Of a stretch of DNA of 64,000 bases, positions 49,401 through 59,577 are shown one piece after another (the first letter of the stretch is position 1; every line of letters starts with the position of its first letter). Location: contig JAGFIZ010000062.1 of NCBI GenBank assembly GCA_024103135.1, positions 24,321 to 88,320 on the forward strand, read 5' to 3'. The DNA is from Bradyrhizobiaceae bacterium (lineage in GTDB: Bacteria > Bacteroidota > Ignavibacteria > Kapaibacteriales > Kapaibacteriaceae). Under the pieces are notes generated by a model. That model worked only from the letters and a program-made list of their open reading frames with translations, did not search any database and was not told the origin of the DNA. Both the position numbers and the translations under genes were made by a program.

Positions 49401-50206
49401 GCAACAAGCCGGATGTCTGCATCCGCACTAAAGCAAGCAATATCAACGAGCACGTTGCTCGTGCCATCCCATGAGAAAGGACGTTCAAATGCCAGTTGAT
49501 TTTCTGTATCATCAAGGATAACGCTGCGGTTTACAACTACCGTTGCATTGCTGACTGACATCGGGCTGGTTGCCTTGGTAGATGTGGTGTTGGCTAATTG
49601 GATCGTGAGAATATTCACTGCACCACTATCCATTGCAGTAAGGCGTAGACCGGAAATTGGTCCTGCTGCAATACCTGCATCCGTGAGTTCAGAAGCCAAG
49701 ATCACGTATTGTGCTCTTCCGCCACCGGACTGAAGTATGGTTGCATTGGCTTGGTCATTGGTCCCTAAGGATATCCAATCACCAAACGAAGTCCTAGACA
49801 CTGTGGTGGTGTGATACCTGCGCTTACGGTTCACTAGATCGGTTGCATAAGGCAAGGAGTCTGGTGTTGTTCCATGAACTATGTAGTTCACTTGTGATGC
49901 ACCAGTGCTATCCCACTCACCAGTGGAATCGGTAAGAACGATGTAGGTTAGGTAGTCCCATTCGCCGCATGGGTACTGGTCTTGTGTCGTCCGCTGGTCA
50001 CACTTGAGAGTATACTCAAGCAGCACCTTCTCATACGGTTGTGGTGGAGGGAATTGCCACGTACCAGAACGCTTGGTGATATCGTCAAACGTTAGCGTCT
50101 TTACGCGGACGGTGTCGGCAGCGATGCAGACATTGTGTACAAGTGGACAAAGCAACAATACTGTTGCAACTACAACAAGACGTAGCAAAGTCATAAGAAC
50201 CTCCAA
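46439..50206 (-). CDS. PNGase F-like (peptide-N-glycosidase F family) domain protein with LamG-like domain and T9SS C-terminal domain
   Basis: GRYITPYGIGLDLG...VYDVTDFAPLLRGNVTL and NCAEFCRRTHFYNV...GTWLIDRTGWCPGAPV match PNGase F blocks (GRFITPYW...DVTDFKSLLSGNTEL and GCAEWCFRTH...WAPDRAGWCPGMAV). The LamG_3-like segment contains IQIWKKAL. The C-terminal ~80 aa fit Por_Secre_tail. Signal peptide MEVLMTLLRLVVVATVLLLCP. Confidence 0.7.
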   Translation of the reverse strand: MEVLMTLLRLVVVATVLLLCPLVHNVCIAADTVRVKTLTFDDITKRSGTWQFPPPQPYEKVLLEYTLKCDQRTTQDQYPCGEWDYLTYIVLTDSTGEWDSTGASQVNYIVHGTTPDSLPYATDLVNRKRRYHTTTVSRTSFGDWISLGTNDQANATILQSGGGRAQYVILASELTDAGIAAGPISGLRLTAMDSGAVNILTIQLANTTSTKATSPMSVSNATVVVNRSVILDDTENQLAFERPFSWDGTSNVLVDIACFSADADIRLVAGGAPAQGVIADPSRHALLFEPGDKLTLPTGVGSALSKQVTIAFWSYGNPQRLPANHNAFEAYDARGRRVLNAHVPWSDGTVYWDAGRNDGQGPDRISKAATPQQYEGGWHHWAFVKNAETGTMQIYLDGVLFAEGSGKTLGMSSIASFVFGTGASGAYPGMLDEIQIWKKALDSATIRTWMTKKLTVDHPDFNDLVAYYDCESQLPDGRLKDGSANGYHAELWGMPVRETITHTMLGYLTLSSTARPFLGLEPGSSLGTNTREDVTVLTARRTTNVVLYGNPVEPRIYALDDPNHPSLPTDTLAIQEAGWIPVYDESWLKVDSFFVAPTTTLRKQVGKYYSPIAQFELGRYITPYGIGLDLGDKGFKWVYDVTDFAPLLRGNVTLSAGNQQELIDMTFLFIKGKPAREVKQIDQVWYERGAYFPDVLSNKALAPQTISLNPAATTFRLKAVTSGHEFDNPTNCAEFCRRTHFYNVDGQERFTWDVWKECGDNPVYPQGGTWLIDRTGWCPGAPVDLHEFELTPYVGNKSTVEIDYGIKPDTTSENWGRWEVSGQLIGYTAPTSQIDAELADVLAPNSWEFYSRFNPICGQPIVVLRNRGAKPLTACTIAYKVGQGAEKTFEWTGNLQFLEADTIALDPPTWTGVQGMNTFTAEVRTTDTDEYADNNTFITQFADAPVYYPDVTFQLRTNNYAADQYEWELRKIGGDIIKQGSNLKDNTVYADTFNLENGCYEYRLINKLGYGLDFWFLRQQLGTGSLQIKSGSLTLKTFEPDFGNTAWIQFSVAPKPTVAVSADTMFFNAPSPMPVERVLAITTGSDAPLVIDTVNIVSVKNYFSIKSISKTFPATLAKGDTLFATIVFDRPDAGQASATVRIYSNDERTPVKTVRCLGNNGATDVSESQLGGIAQIEVVPHPVTSDGYIKLNVYDNSISVTSVSIVDVLGNIVYVVNTPGDTYQWQLPSWLSSGSYSVVVATAQGSLTAPVVITR

Positions 50207-50233
50207 GTCTGGGAACTTACGAAACGTCTGTTG

Positions 50234-50998
50234 CTAGTGTCGTGCTACCCCGCCATCTACATTGATGGTTTGTCCGGTGATAATGCCGGAGGCTGGCAAT
50301 GCAAGGAATGCCACCACGTTGGCGATGTCTTCCGGCTCGTCTGCGCGGTGAACGCTTTGGGCAGGGATGATGTGTTCCAGCATGGTAACACCAACCTGAC
50401 CCATATTGGCATTCTGCGTTGCCGTCAGACCGACGCTGATGGTATTTATCGTAACCCCATATCGACCGATCTCCGGGGCAAGCGAACGAGTGAGGCCGAT
50501 GATTCCCATCTTCGCAGTAACGTATGCCGTCAGATACGGCGTACCGAGCCACACCGTATCGCTTGAAAACGTAATGATCCTACCGAACCCTTGTTTCTTC
50601 ATTTGCGGAAGTACACTTCTGACCATGTGGTAGGCAGAGTCGAGGGTAATCTCCATGGTTCGTTTCCATTCGTCGAATGGAAGGAGCTCAAACGGTTCTT
50701 CGTGATAATATCCAACGTTGTGGACCAGAATGTCAATCTGGCCAAAGGTCTGGATTGCCGTCGCCGCTACACGTTCAACATCTACTGGGTTGGTAAGATC
50801 AGCCTGGACGCAAACAACTTCTGCACCTTCCTCGCGAAGCCGTGATGCCAGCTCGTCGCTATTCTGTACGTCGGCAATGACCACCTTTGCACCTTCTTGG
50901 GCAAGGCGTTCGCAAAAAGCTCGGCCATTGCCCACTGCAGCACCGGTAACGATGGCAACGCGGCCTACCAAGCCCCTTTCAAACTTTGTGATTTCCAT
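50234..50998 (-). CDS. SDR family NAD(P)-dependent oxidoreductase
   Basis: VAIVTGAAVGNGRA (TGxxxGxG), NVGY...K catalytic tetrad and ~254 aa identify a classical SDR. Confidence 0.85.
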   Translation of the reverse strand: MEITKFERGLVGRVAIVTGAAVGNGRAFCERLAQEGAKVVIADVQNSDELASRLREEGAEVVCVQADLTNPVDVERVAATAIQTFGQIDILVHNVGYYHEEPFELLPFDEWKRTMEITLDSAYHMVRSVLPQMKKQGFGRIITFSSDTVWLGTPYLTAYVTAKMGIIGLTRSLAPEIGRYGVTINTISVGLTATQNANMGQVGVTMLEHIIPAQSVHRADEPEDIANVVAFLALPASGIITGQTINVDGGVARH

Positions 50999-51007
50999 CG
51001 GTAGGGC

Positions 51008-52201
51008 TTAGGCGATTAGTCCAAGCGACTTACCAACATCATGGAAGACTTCGAGTATGCGATCAAGGTGCTCGTCTTCGTGGGTAGCCATGTAGCTCGT
51101 ACGAAGCATCGACAGCGTTGGTGGCACACCTGGCGGGATGAAGGCATTGACGAATACGCCTTGATCATACAACTTGCGCCAGAACAGCATGGTCTTCTCT
51201 ACATCTCCCAGTACAACGGGGACGATACCGGTGCGACTGTCGATCACATGGTAACCCATGTCTTTAAAACCAGCGCGCATCTTGTCGGCATTGGCCAGCA
51301 GCTTATCAATACGCCATGGTTCTTCTTCCAGGATTTGCAGGGCAGCCAGGGCAGAGGCCACAGATGCAGGGGTTGGTGATGCACTAAAGATCAGTGCAGG
51401 ACTGTGATGTTTGAGGTAGTTCATAACGCGCTCAGGTCCAGCAACGAAGCCACCGAGCGAGGCAAACGTTTTGGAAAACGTTCCCATTGTCAGATCAGTT
51501 TTCTCAACGAGACCGTAATGGCTTGCCGTGCCACGTCCACCTACTCCAACGACGCCAGTAGCATGGGCATCATCAACGAGAACGCGTGCACCATACTTCT
51601 CGGCGACTGCGAGCATTGCGGGAAGGTCGACCAACTCGCCCGAAACACTGAATACACCATCGGTTACGATCAGGGCACAGGCATCTTGAGGAATCTTCTG
51701 CAGCACACGCTCTAGATCGGCCATGTCGTTATGCTGATAGCGAACAAAGTGCCCAAAGCCCCCTTTCGCCAACAAGGCACCGCCGATAATACAGGCGTGG
51801 TTCTCCTTGTCGCTCACCACATAGTCGCCCTTCTGCACCAAGGCAGAAATGGTACCCAAGGCGGTTTGGTAGCCAGTCGAGAATAGCAGCACATCTTCAT
51901 AGCCCAAGAAGGCAGCAAGGCGCTTTTCGAGCTCTACGTGCAGGTTGATCGTACCTGTTAGGTAGCGTGATCCCGAGCACCCGGTTCCATACCGGTCGAT
52001 TGCATCCTTGGCGGCCTGCTTAACCCGAGGATCGGCCGTGAGTCCCAGGTAGTTGTTGGAGCCGGCCATGATCACATCCCGACCTTCGAGCCGTACTACA
52101 GGTCCTTCATTTTCTTCTACTGGCCGGAAATAGGGGTAGAGTCCAGCTTTCTTGACCTCATCAGCGCGTGTGAAGTCCCGACATCGTTGAAACAGATCCA
52201 C
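51008..52201 (-). CDS. Alpha-oxoamine synthase family PLP enzyme, most similar to serine palmitoyltransferase
   Basis: [21 protein letters not shown] and DDAHATG with the PLP-lysine in TFSK match the SPT pattern (GSGTNGSRMLNGT / FSTGYMAN) better than Kbl (SSCFDAN) or BioF (FISGFAAN). Confidence 0.75.
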   Translation of the reverse strand: MDLFQRCRDFTRADEVKKAGLYPYFRPVEENEGPVVRLEGRDVIMAGSNNYLGLTADPRVKQAAKDAIDRYGTGCSGSRYLTGTINLHVELEKRLAAFLGYEDVLLFSTGYQTALGTISALVQKGDYVVSDKENHACIIGGALLAKGGFGHFVRYQHNDMADLERVLQKIPQDACALIVTDGVFSVSGELVDLPAMLAVAEKYGARVLVDDAHATGVVGVGGRGTASHYGLVEKTDLTMGTFSKTFASLGGFVAGPERVMNYLKHHSPALIFSASPTPASVASALAALQILEEEPWRIDKLLANADKMRAGFKDMGYHVIDSRTGIVPVVLGDVEKTMLFWRKLYDQGVFVNAFIPPGVPPTLSMLRTSYMATHEDEHLDRILEVFHDVGKSLGLIA

Positions 52202-52618
52202 AAGTTTCTCCTGAATTCGTTTGCCAAGGCATGACGCACCTGACGTTAGTTGGCAAATATCGGAAATGTCCTATGGGTTTGATGTGGGTAGAACGTTCTG
52301 GATTGGGCTGGTGTAGGGGGCTATGGTCGGCTTGTTTGCCGTCGATCGCTGTATATGGGAGTTGGACAGGTACTGAATCGCTACTCGATCTACCTATTCA
52401 TTCACATAGATGGATACCACAATAGACGGGTACCACACTCAAGCTGCTGGTCAACACTTTTTTGAAGTTCTGGCACTAATCCATCAGCCCAATCGTTACA
52501 CGCCCCTTGCCCTTTACCACTTTCAACTTCGCCGTCGCTATTATCTAAGCGAGCAGCGAATGGTATCGGTGTATCTACTACCAACTGGTTCATCATCAGC
52601 GTTGTATCTTGACGAACT

Positions 52619-54172
52619 ATGAAGTCCATACTCACCCTCCCATCATTTAAACACATTAAGGATGACTTGCCGGCAGGCATTGTTGTATTCCTGGTTGCCC
52701 TGCCGTTATGCATGGGTATTGCCCTTGCTTCGGGTGCTCCGGTGCTAAGTGGACTCATCGCTGGGATCATCGGTGGTGTTGTGATTGCCGTGTTTTCCGA
52801 TTCTGAGTTGTCCGTCAGTGGTCCCGCTGCAGGTCTCACCGCTGTGGTAATTGCAGGTATAGCCACACTCGGCAGCTTTGAGGCCTTCCTGGCAAGCGTG
52901 GTCATCGCCGGACTTTTACAAATCGGTTTTGGCTTGCTTCGCATTGGTAGTGTGACGGAGTTTATTCCAAACGGGGTAATCCGTGGGATGCTCGCTGGCA
53001 TCGGTGTTGTGATTATGCAAAAACAGATATCTCATTTGATTGGATGGGACCACGCTCCGGAAACGGCCGAACCGGTAACCCACATTATGGATGGGAAGTT
53101 CTCGTGGACATTCTTCCCCGAAGGTGTAACGCTCGACACGGGAATCATGCTGATAGGTGGAATCTGCCTAGCCCTTCTGATCGTACTTGACCTTAAACGC
53201 TTCAAGGACCAGGCTTGGAAGAAGTACCTTCCAACTTCCCTGATAGTTGTACTTGTGGGTACTCTGATCAACGAGGTGTTTCTTCTGCTTGGATCTCCAT
53301 TGGCAATTGAACATGGGACCGATCAGGTGGTTCAGATTCCATTGTTGTCCAGCGGCGCTCAGTTGCTGATCACTCCTGATTTTTCAATTCTCGGCTCCAA
53401 TCCACAAGTCTGGGTTACTGCAATAACAATTGCAATTATTGCCAGCATTGAAACCCTCTTGTGTATCGAAGCGACGGAGAAGCTCGATCCAGAACAGCGA
53501 TTTAGCAACAACAACAAGGAGCTTGTTGCACAGGGAATCGGCAACACCCTGTCAGGTCTCGTGGGTGGTCTGCCGATCACATCTGTCATTGTGCGTACGT
53601 CTACCAACATCTACGCTGGTGGCAGAACGCGCATGGCAGCCTTTATCCATGGTTTGATATTGATACTCTCTGTCGTGCTTCTCGCTGGACTCCTCAATCG
53701 CATTCCACTTACGTGCCTTGCGGCAGTGCTAATCATGGTTGGTTATAAGCTCACATCGCTTTCGGTGGTTCGTGAGTCTTGGGAAAAAGGTATCGACCAG
53801 TTTCTTCCATTTGTGGTGACGATTATTGGCGTCGTATTCACCGACCTTCTTGTAGGTATTGGCCTGGGCTTGGCCACAAGCATGTACTGGGTAGTGAAAG
53901 CCAACCGCTTCGTAGCCATTTCAACAGTGGTTGATGGTTCAATGTGGATGATTCGATTCAATAAGGACGCGTCGTTCATCAACAAAACCGAGCTGAAAAA
54001 GGTACTCAGAACTGTCCCCGACAATATCCACCTGATCTTTGATGCTACCAGAGCTTCCGTAATCGATCACGATATCTATGAAACGGTGGGCGACTTTGCC
54101 CAAGCCGCCACCTATCGTGGAATTCGGATTGAATACATCAACATGTTCGGAAAGCGTAAAGTAAAACGATAA
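52619..54172 (+). CDS. SulP family inorganic anion (sulfate/bicarbonate) transporter
   Basis: N-terminal SulP signature ([24 protein letters not shown]), ~11 TM segments and a STAS-like C-terminal region. Confidence 0.85.
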   Translation: MKSILTLPSFKHIKDDLPAGIVVFLVALPLCMGIALASGAPVLSGLIAGIIGGVVIAVFSDSELSVSGPAAGLTAVVIAGIATLGSFEAFLASVVIAGLLQIGFGLLRIGSVTEFIPNGVIRGMLAGIGVVIMQKQISHLIGWDHAPETAEPVTHIMDGKFSWTFFPEGVTLDTGIMLIGGICLALLIVLDLKRFKDQAWKKYLPTSLIVVLVGTLINEVFLLLGSPLAIEHGTDQVVQIPLLSSGAQLLITPDFSILGSNPQVWVTAITIAIIASIETLLCIEATEKLDPEQRFSNNNKELVAQGIGNTLSGLVGGLPITSVIVRTSTNIYAGGRTRMAAFIHGLILILSVVLLAGLLNRIPLTCLAAVLIMVGYKLTSLSVVRESWEKGIDQFLPFVVTIIGVVFTDLLVGIGLGLATSMYWVVKANRFVAISTVVDGSMWMIRFNKDASFINKTELKKVLRTVPDNIHLIFDATRASVIDHDIYETVGDFAQAATYRGIRIEYINMFGKRKVKR

Positions 54173-54180
54173 GGAAACCC

Positions 54181-54816
54181 ATGGAAGATTACCGTCGACT
54201 ACTCCTCAACAACAAAGCATGGGTTGCCGAAAAGCTGGCCCTTCGGGAAGATTACTTCTCACAATCTGCTGCAGAACAGAAGCCAGAATACTTGTGGATA
54301 GGCTGTTCGGATAGCCGGGTTCCAGCCGAGGATATCACGGGTGCACAGCCAGGCGAGCTGTTCGTGCATAGAAACATTGCCAACATGGTTATCCATACCG
54401 ACTTCAACGTCCTCTCCGTTGTTCAGTATGCCATCGAGGTACTGGCTGTAAAGCATATCATCGTATGTGGACATTATGGTTGCGGTGGTATCCGCACTGC
54501 CATGTCAAAGAAGGATCTTGGAATCATCAACCAATGGCTAAGGCACATCAAGGATGTGTACCGTATTCATGCCGACGAAATCGAGGGACTACCCAATCAA
54601 GAAAAGCAGATGGCTCGGTTGGTAGAACTCAACGTGATTGAACAGGCAAAACGGATTGCCGATCTTTCGTTTACGCAACGGTCGTGGCTTTCAAACAACA
54701 AGCCGACGGTACATGGTTGGGTGTACGACATTTACTCGGGATCGCTTAACGATTTGATTCGAATCGATCCACAATCATCCGTCGATGGGATCTACGCCTA
54801 CGACTTCTCCGCCTAG
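54181..54816 (+). CDS. Beta-class carbonic anhydrase
   Basis: CSDSRV and HYGCGG zinc-ligand motifs. 211 aa. Lies 8 bp downstream of the SulP gene. Confidence 0.85.
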   Translation: MEDYRRLLLNNKAWVAEKLALREDYFSQSAAEQKPEYLWIGCSDSRVPAEDITGAQPGELFVHRNIANMVIHTDFNVLSVVQYAIEVLAVKHIIVCGHYGCGGIRTAMSKKDLGIINQWLRHIKDVYRIHADEIEGLPNQEKQMARLVELNVIEQAKRIADLSFTQRSWLSNNKPTVHGWVYDIYSGSLNDLIRIDPQSSVDGIYAYDFSA

Positions 54817-54845
54817 AACCATGTGTCACTCCCACTATCCTAATT

Positions 54846-55508
54846 GTGCTTAACAACGCCTTCTTCGAGTTCTTTGTTGGTCTTTCTGACAACAACAACC
54901 GCACCTGGTTTGAAGAGCACAAGGCGGACTTCGTACGACATGTCAAGACGCCGTTCTACAACCTTGTAGAGGCAGTAATTGCCGAGATGCAGGAGGTTGA
55001 TCCTACTCTAGTTACTTCTGCTAAGGAGGCAACGTTTAGGATCTATCGAGACGTGAGATTCTCAAAGGATAAGACGCCGTACAAAACACACATGGCTGCC
55101 CATATCACTCATGGTGAGCGTGCGCAGACGGGTCCAACGGGATTGTACGTTGAAGTAGGTTCCAACGGCGCACTTGTTGGTGGTGGCGTCTATCAACCAA
55201 GTACTTCACAACTGCTCCTTGTGCGCGATCTACTCATGCATGAGGGTAAAACGTTTAGGTCACTCCTCAACGACAAGCAATTCAAGAAGTATTTTCCTGA
55301 CGGTATCGTGGGCGACAAGCACAAGGTTATCGCCAAGGAGTTTCGAGCTGCTGCTGAACTAGAACCACTGATCTACAACAAGCAGTTCCTCTGGATGGCA
55401 AACCTAGCCAAGGGTGAGTTGATGAATGCCAATGCTGCCCACCACATTGCTAGCCATTACCGTGCAGCTAAACCGCTGAGTGACTTCTTCGCGAAGGCAT
55501 TGGCATAG
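54846..55508 (+). CDS. DUF2461 (TIGR02453) family protein
   Basis: N-terminal FFEFFVGLSDNNNRTWFEEHKADF is the family hallmark. 220 aa. GTG start at 54846 checked. Confidence 0.6.
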   Translation: MLNNAFFEFFVGLSDNNNRTWFEEHKADFVRHVKTPFYNLVEAVIAEMQEVDPTLVTSAKEATFRIYRDVRFSKDKTPYKTHMAAHITHGERAQTGPTGLYVEVGSNGALVGGGVYQPSTSQLLLVRDLLMHEGKTFRSLLNDKQFKKYFPDGIVGDKHKVIAKEFRAAAELEPLIYNKQFLWMANLAKGELMNANAAHHIASHYRAAKPLSDFFAKALA

Positions 55509-55565
55509 TATCTCAACCCACCAACGGGTAGGTGTGGTCGTGCTTTGACAACACGACCACTGTCG

Positions 55566-58500
55566 TTAGCGAATGTTCATGATGGCTTGGATCGTGCGTT
55601 TGCCTTCACCGTCAGTCATGACAACCGTGTACATACCCGAGGAAATCGCGTCAAGCGATACCACAGATGTAGATCCCACAAGGCGCTGCATGACAAAGTT
55701 GCCACTCAAATCAAACACCTGAAGCCCAACGTCCTGTGGATGCGTGTGCAGGATTCCACCACTAGCCCAGCAGGTAGGTGTGCGTAGGAGCTCTTCGCGT
55801 ACCGATACGATCGTACGGGTTGCCGACAGACTTACTACATGAGCGTCGGTGCAGCCATTCACGTAAACCGATAGCACACCCGTTGTATCACCATCAGACT
55901 GCATTTGGGAAGGTTTGAATATCACATTGGTCGTATGCTCGCTACCACTAGTTAGCACGGTTCCTACGGCAAGGTCCGTCGCAAATGGCCCAGTGACTGT
56001 AACCGAGCTCACCGTAAGCTCGCTGACACCTGAGAATTCTGGTGTAAAGGCAAGGGGCTTTGTAACATCTTCAAGACTTGGGCTCACTGGGTCCGTGAAC
56101 GCTAGTGTCAGCGGCAAGTTCAACGTGAGTGAATCGCCCGTGTAGCGAACGATTGTTACCAATTCACCAGAGCATAGTTCCGATGTGTACGATATCGTCA
56201 ACGTGTCGGTGTTATTCCCGGCATTCACCAGACCTAGCCGTGTGAGCTGCAGAGTACCGCTTCCATTCGCGGGAATCACCACTGGCGAGTTATGAAGCGT
56301 GATGCTTGCACCACTGCGTGAGGTGACCTTCGTGACTGTTGCTGCCTTGGTTGCAGAGTTGGTAACCGACACTCCTAATACCACGGATCCCTTGGTTGAG
56401 CAAACAACTACGTGAGGACCACTAACGGTTGTATCGCTCTGTACGGCTTCAATTCCACCACGTACACCACTGAGAGATACCAGTACTGGTTTCTTACAGA
56501 TGGTTTCCATAAAGTACAGGGTGTCTTGAATAGGCGATACACTTGGCAACCCCAATCGAAGCGGTAGTAGATGCGATGAGTGTGGCTGGATGGTTACTGG
56601 AAAATCTTTCGAAGTAATTGTAGTTCGACTAGCAGTTACGCCTTCAATGGTAAGAGGGATGCTCCCGTTGTTCATCACGGTAATCCAAACATCTTCTTCT
56701 GTCTGGCATGCGCCTAGCTTTGGAAGATTAATATGATTCGTGCTTAGCGATAACTGTACATCATGAACTTGAATAAACACCGATGCTGTATCTGTACATC
56801 CTTTTGCATCCGTTATCGTAAGCCAATACGTCGCATTGGAGTCAGGTGATACCACAATTGAATCTGGTGCTTGAGAGAACGGACCGTCTTTAGACACCCA
56901 GTTGTATGCGTATGGTGGCGTACCTCCAGTGATCCTGGCCTTTAGTGTCGATGCGTCATCAGCACACCGCATGGTTGTTGGGCCGGTGAGGGTTAGCACT
57001 GGGACGGGATTTACCTTGACGACGATACTTACGTTGGCGTTGCACTCTTTGGAATCAACAACCAACAGTCCAACCGTTGTCGTGGCTGTGGGTGTAAAGG
57101 TGTATGTGTTAACGGTTGTTTGCGTTTCTGCTCCATTAACATTCCACGTGTAGTTCTTCAGCCCCGTTCCACCACTCACCTGCACGGTTATTGTTGCTGC
57201 AGAGCCCTTGCAAACATTCACAGTGTCTGGTGCAGTAACGACCACTTCGGGGTTTACCGTTACCACGACGGTATCGGTAGCCACGTTGCTGTCGGCATCC
57301 ATCACCGTCATCACGTACACCGTCGTTGCTCCCGCTACGACAGATGGTGTAAAGGTCGTGCTGTCCGTCATCCCCGTATTGGGCGACCATGACACAGTAT
57401 ATGGTTCCGTACCACCAACTGCACTGCCTTCAAAGTTCACCGTCACACCTCCGCAAACCGTTTGATCCTGTCCGGCATTGGCAATGATGCCAAGGCCTTG
57501 AGGTAAGCACGCTGCTTCTTCTAAGTACTCCTTCATGAGGTCTGCCACTCGAGAGTGGAAGTTCAAGGCTGTACCTTGGTTGGTAAGGTGACAGTAACTC
57601 ATGATGGTTCCTTGGCGAGCAACCGTCTGCGAAAAACACGAGCCCTCTGCCGTATAGCACGAATCGATCGGTGGATTCCATGTGCAACTGTGTGTATGGG
57701 GTGAGCCAACATTGTGCCCGAGCTCATGGGCAACCGCGTCTGTGTCCCATGCATACGAAGTGCGTGGATACGTGTACGTACTGTTCAAGCCAGCAACAGA
57801 ATAGCCATTGTTCTTGTCGCACAACCCATCGATATAGGCAACGCCACCGATGCCGTTGATACCACTTAGAACCTGTACGACAGAGCGGTCTACGGATGCA
57901 TTGTTTGATTTCCAATAGTTTCTGACCTGACCGAGGATTGTTAATGCCGTTGTCCCGGTATACGGATCATCCGACGTCCACAACTTCCAACTTGTAATGC
58001 TGATGTTTGCACCGACATCACGCTTGTAGATGTCGCTCACAGCTGCTACCACTGCTTCGGCATACTCAGTTGCTGCATCAACATCCTTCCCATGATCCTC
58101 GTAGTAATCATAGTCGCCTTCCATGGCTAGGTTGATCGTCCGTGTTGTTGCCTGGACCTGGTTCGACTTCTTGGTGCTTCGTGGAGTGCGTAAGGTTGCT
58201 GGCTCCTCAGTTTCACAGTTCCATGCTTGTGGCTGTTGAACGTTGGTCGACGCAATAAATGCAAACACACCGGAATTGGATAAGCCCCCTTCCGCTGCTA
58301 TTCCAGAACCATCACTTGACTGATCGGAAAGCATCACAACATCGTAGCGTAAACCACGGGCTTCTACTCTGCCAAACACCCTTGTTGGGTATACCGCTAG
58401 AAATACATGCGAAGTAGGGTCGCCGACAAGCCGACCACTAAGCAAGAGTCCTTGCGGAGCTTGAAGTCGCGTCATGTTGCTCGCATTGGCCGAAATCAAC

Positions 58501-58808
58501 TGAGCACTCTTGGACATCACGGTGAATCGAGTCAGCTCGGCTTGGGCTTGTTGACCATGTGGAAGCATTAGGTCGAGCCATAGCGAACCACCGTCCTTTA
58601 CGCTGTGGCGTAGTTGGCTAAGTACTACACCGTTGACCGACAAGGCTGATGTCCCCGTTGGCAATGCCGCAAGGAGGACAGTTGTCGGCGTGGCTGGCGA
58701 AAAAAGACTTGTCGCCCAGGCATGCTTTGGTGCGGCTAGGAGGACGAATGCTACAAGAGTTAGAAAAAGCTGGCGCATAGTAATGTCGAGTGTTGTCAGA
58801 ATTGTCAA
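55566..58808 (-). CDS. Metzincin zinc metalloprotease with Ig-like repeats and T9SS C-terminal domain
   Basis: HELGHNVGSPH (HExxHxxGxxH). Signal peptide region MRQLFLTLVAFVLLAAPKHAWA. Multiple beta-sandwich repeats. The C-terminal GLQVFDLSGNFVMQRLVGSTSVVSLDAISSGMYTVVM is Por_Secre_tail-like. Confidence 0.75.
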   Translation of the reverse strand: MTILTTLDITMRQLFLTLVAFVLLAAPKHAWATSLFSPATPTTVLLAALPTGTSALSVNGVVLSQLRHSVKDGGSLWLDLMLPHGQQAQAELTRFTVMSKSAQLISANASNMTRLQAPQGLLLSGRLVGDPTSHVFLAVYPTRVFGRVEARGLRYDVVMLSDQSSDGSGIAAEGGLSNSGVFAFIASTNVQQPQAWNCETEEPATLRTPRSTKKSNQVQATTRTINLAMEGDYDYYEDHGKDVDAATEYAEAVVAAVSDIYKRDVGANISITSWKLWTSDDPYTGTTALTILGQVRNYWKSNNASVDRSVVQVLSGINGIGGVAYIDGLCDKNNGYSVAGLNSTYTYPRTSYAWDTDAVAHELGHNVGSPHTHSCTWNPPIDSCYTAEGSCFSQTVARQGTIMSYCHLTNQGTALNFHSRVADLMKEYLEEAACLPQGLGIIANAGQDQTVCGGVTVNFEGSAVGGTEPYTVSWSPNTGMTDSTTFTPSVVAGATTVYVMTVMDADSNVATDTVVVTVNPEVVVTAPDTVNVCKGSAATITVQVSGGTGLKNYTWNVNGAETQTTVNTYTFTPTATTTVGLLVVDSKECNANVSIVVKVNPVPVLTLTGPTTMRCADDASTLKARITGGTPPYAYNWVSKDGPFSQAPDSIVVSPDSNATYWLTITDAKGCTDTASVFIQVHDVQLSLSTNHINLPKLGACQTEEDVWITVMNNGSIPLTIEGVTASRTTITSKDFPVTIQPHSSHLLPLRLGLPSVSPIQDTLYFMETICKKPVLVSLSGVRGGIEAVQSDTTVSGPHVVVCSTKGSVVLGVSVTNSATKAATVTKVTSRSGASITLHNSPVVIPANGSGTLQLTRLGLVNAGNNTDTLTISYTSELCSGELVTIVRYTGDSLTLNLPLTLAFTDPVSPSLEDVTKPLAFTPEFSGVSELTVSSVTVTGPFATDLAVGTVLTSGSEHTTNVIFKPSQMQSDGDTTGVLSVYVNGCTDAHVVSLSATRTIVSVREELLRTPTCWASGGILHTHPQDVGLQVFDLSGNFVMQRLVGSTSVVSLDAISSGMYTVVMTDGEGKRTIQAIMNIR

Positions 58809-58832
58809 GTTAACGCCAATCGGTGACGTCTG

Positions 58833-59423
58833 TTACTCTTCGACGGGAGCTTCACTGGGACTTACGGTACTGTCGGCAGGGAATACATCCTCGAATGTAC
58901 CATCGGTGTGAAGCACAACCGTAAACGACGGGAAATGGGTTGTCCCCTGAAACTCGTCCGAATCACAATCAAAATTGTGCTGTAGTTGTTGAATGCCAAT
59001 GCTACCACCTGTCAGCATGGAGCAACCCCGTAAATAGGTACTGGAGCAGTTGGTTTGAAGTTGGGCAACCAAGGTTCTTGCTATCAGAGAGGAATCTCTC
59101 TTTGTCACTAGCCAAACATTCTCGTCCTTGTCACCCTCAACACCTCGTATCAAGTAAGCCACTACAGTAACGCCTGATTCTTCTTCTGTTGGTATGGGAC
59201 ACGACGCCAGTGTAAACAGGCCAATCTCGTCAGAGATCTGCTGTACGGTATCGGCATATCCGCAGAATTTGAGAATATGCTGACGCTGGTCGTCGGCTAC
59301 TTCTTCCATGGTTAACCAACGTTTCTGTGGTTCCAATAGCTCTTTCTCGCCTATTGGAAACATATCCGACAGACACTGAGGGTGGCCATAGAGTCCAGCC
59401 AGGATTAGCAGTAAGTGAAACAC
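58833..59423 (-). CDS. Hypothetical protein co-transcribed upstream of the metzincin
   Basis: 196 aa. N-terminal hydrophobic MFHLLLILAGLYG. 24-bp gap to the downstream protease gene. No recognisable family. Confidence 0.4.
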   Translation of the reverse strand: MFHLLLILAGLYGHPQCLSDMFPIGEKELLEPQKRWLTMEEVADDQRQHILKFCGYADTVQQISDEIGLFTLASCPIPTEEESGVTVVAYLIRGVEGDKDENVWLVTKRDSSLIARTLVAQLQTNCSSTYLRGCSMLTGGSIGIQQLQHNFDCDSDEFQGTTHFPSFTVVLHTDGTFEDVFPADSTVSPSEAPVEE

Positions 59424-59577
59424 AGGTTCAAGTTATCAAGGAGAATGGTTATGGAGGACTCCGTGGCGACAAAACGTTCGCAGATAAAACAACAAACCAA
59501 TACCGCGGGTAGAGTTACGTGTAGGTTCAAGATTCATTTGGTACATTGTTGTGTCGAATTGTTGATTCAGTCAGCGT

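Noticed and set aside
52402-53001. Minus-strand 199-aa ORF
   Set aside because: It lies entirely antisense to the well-supported SulP transporter gene (52619-54172). The translation is Pro/Thr/Ala-rich low complexity with no start context.
56902-57915. Cluster of short ORFs on both strands (e.g. 57120-57392, 57136-57390)
   Set aside because: All lie inside the metzincin gene's repetitive Thr/Val-rich Ig-like region. They are composition-driven.
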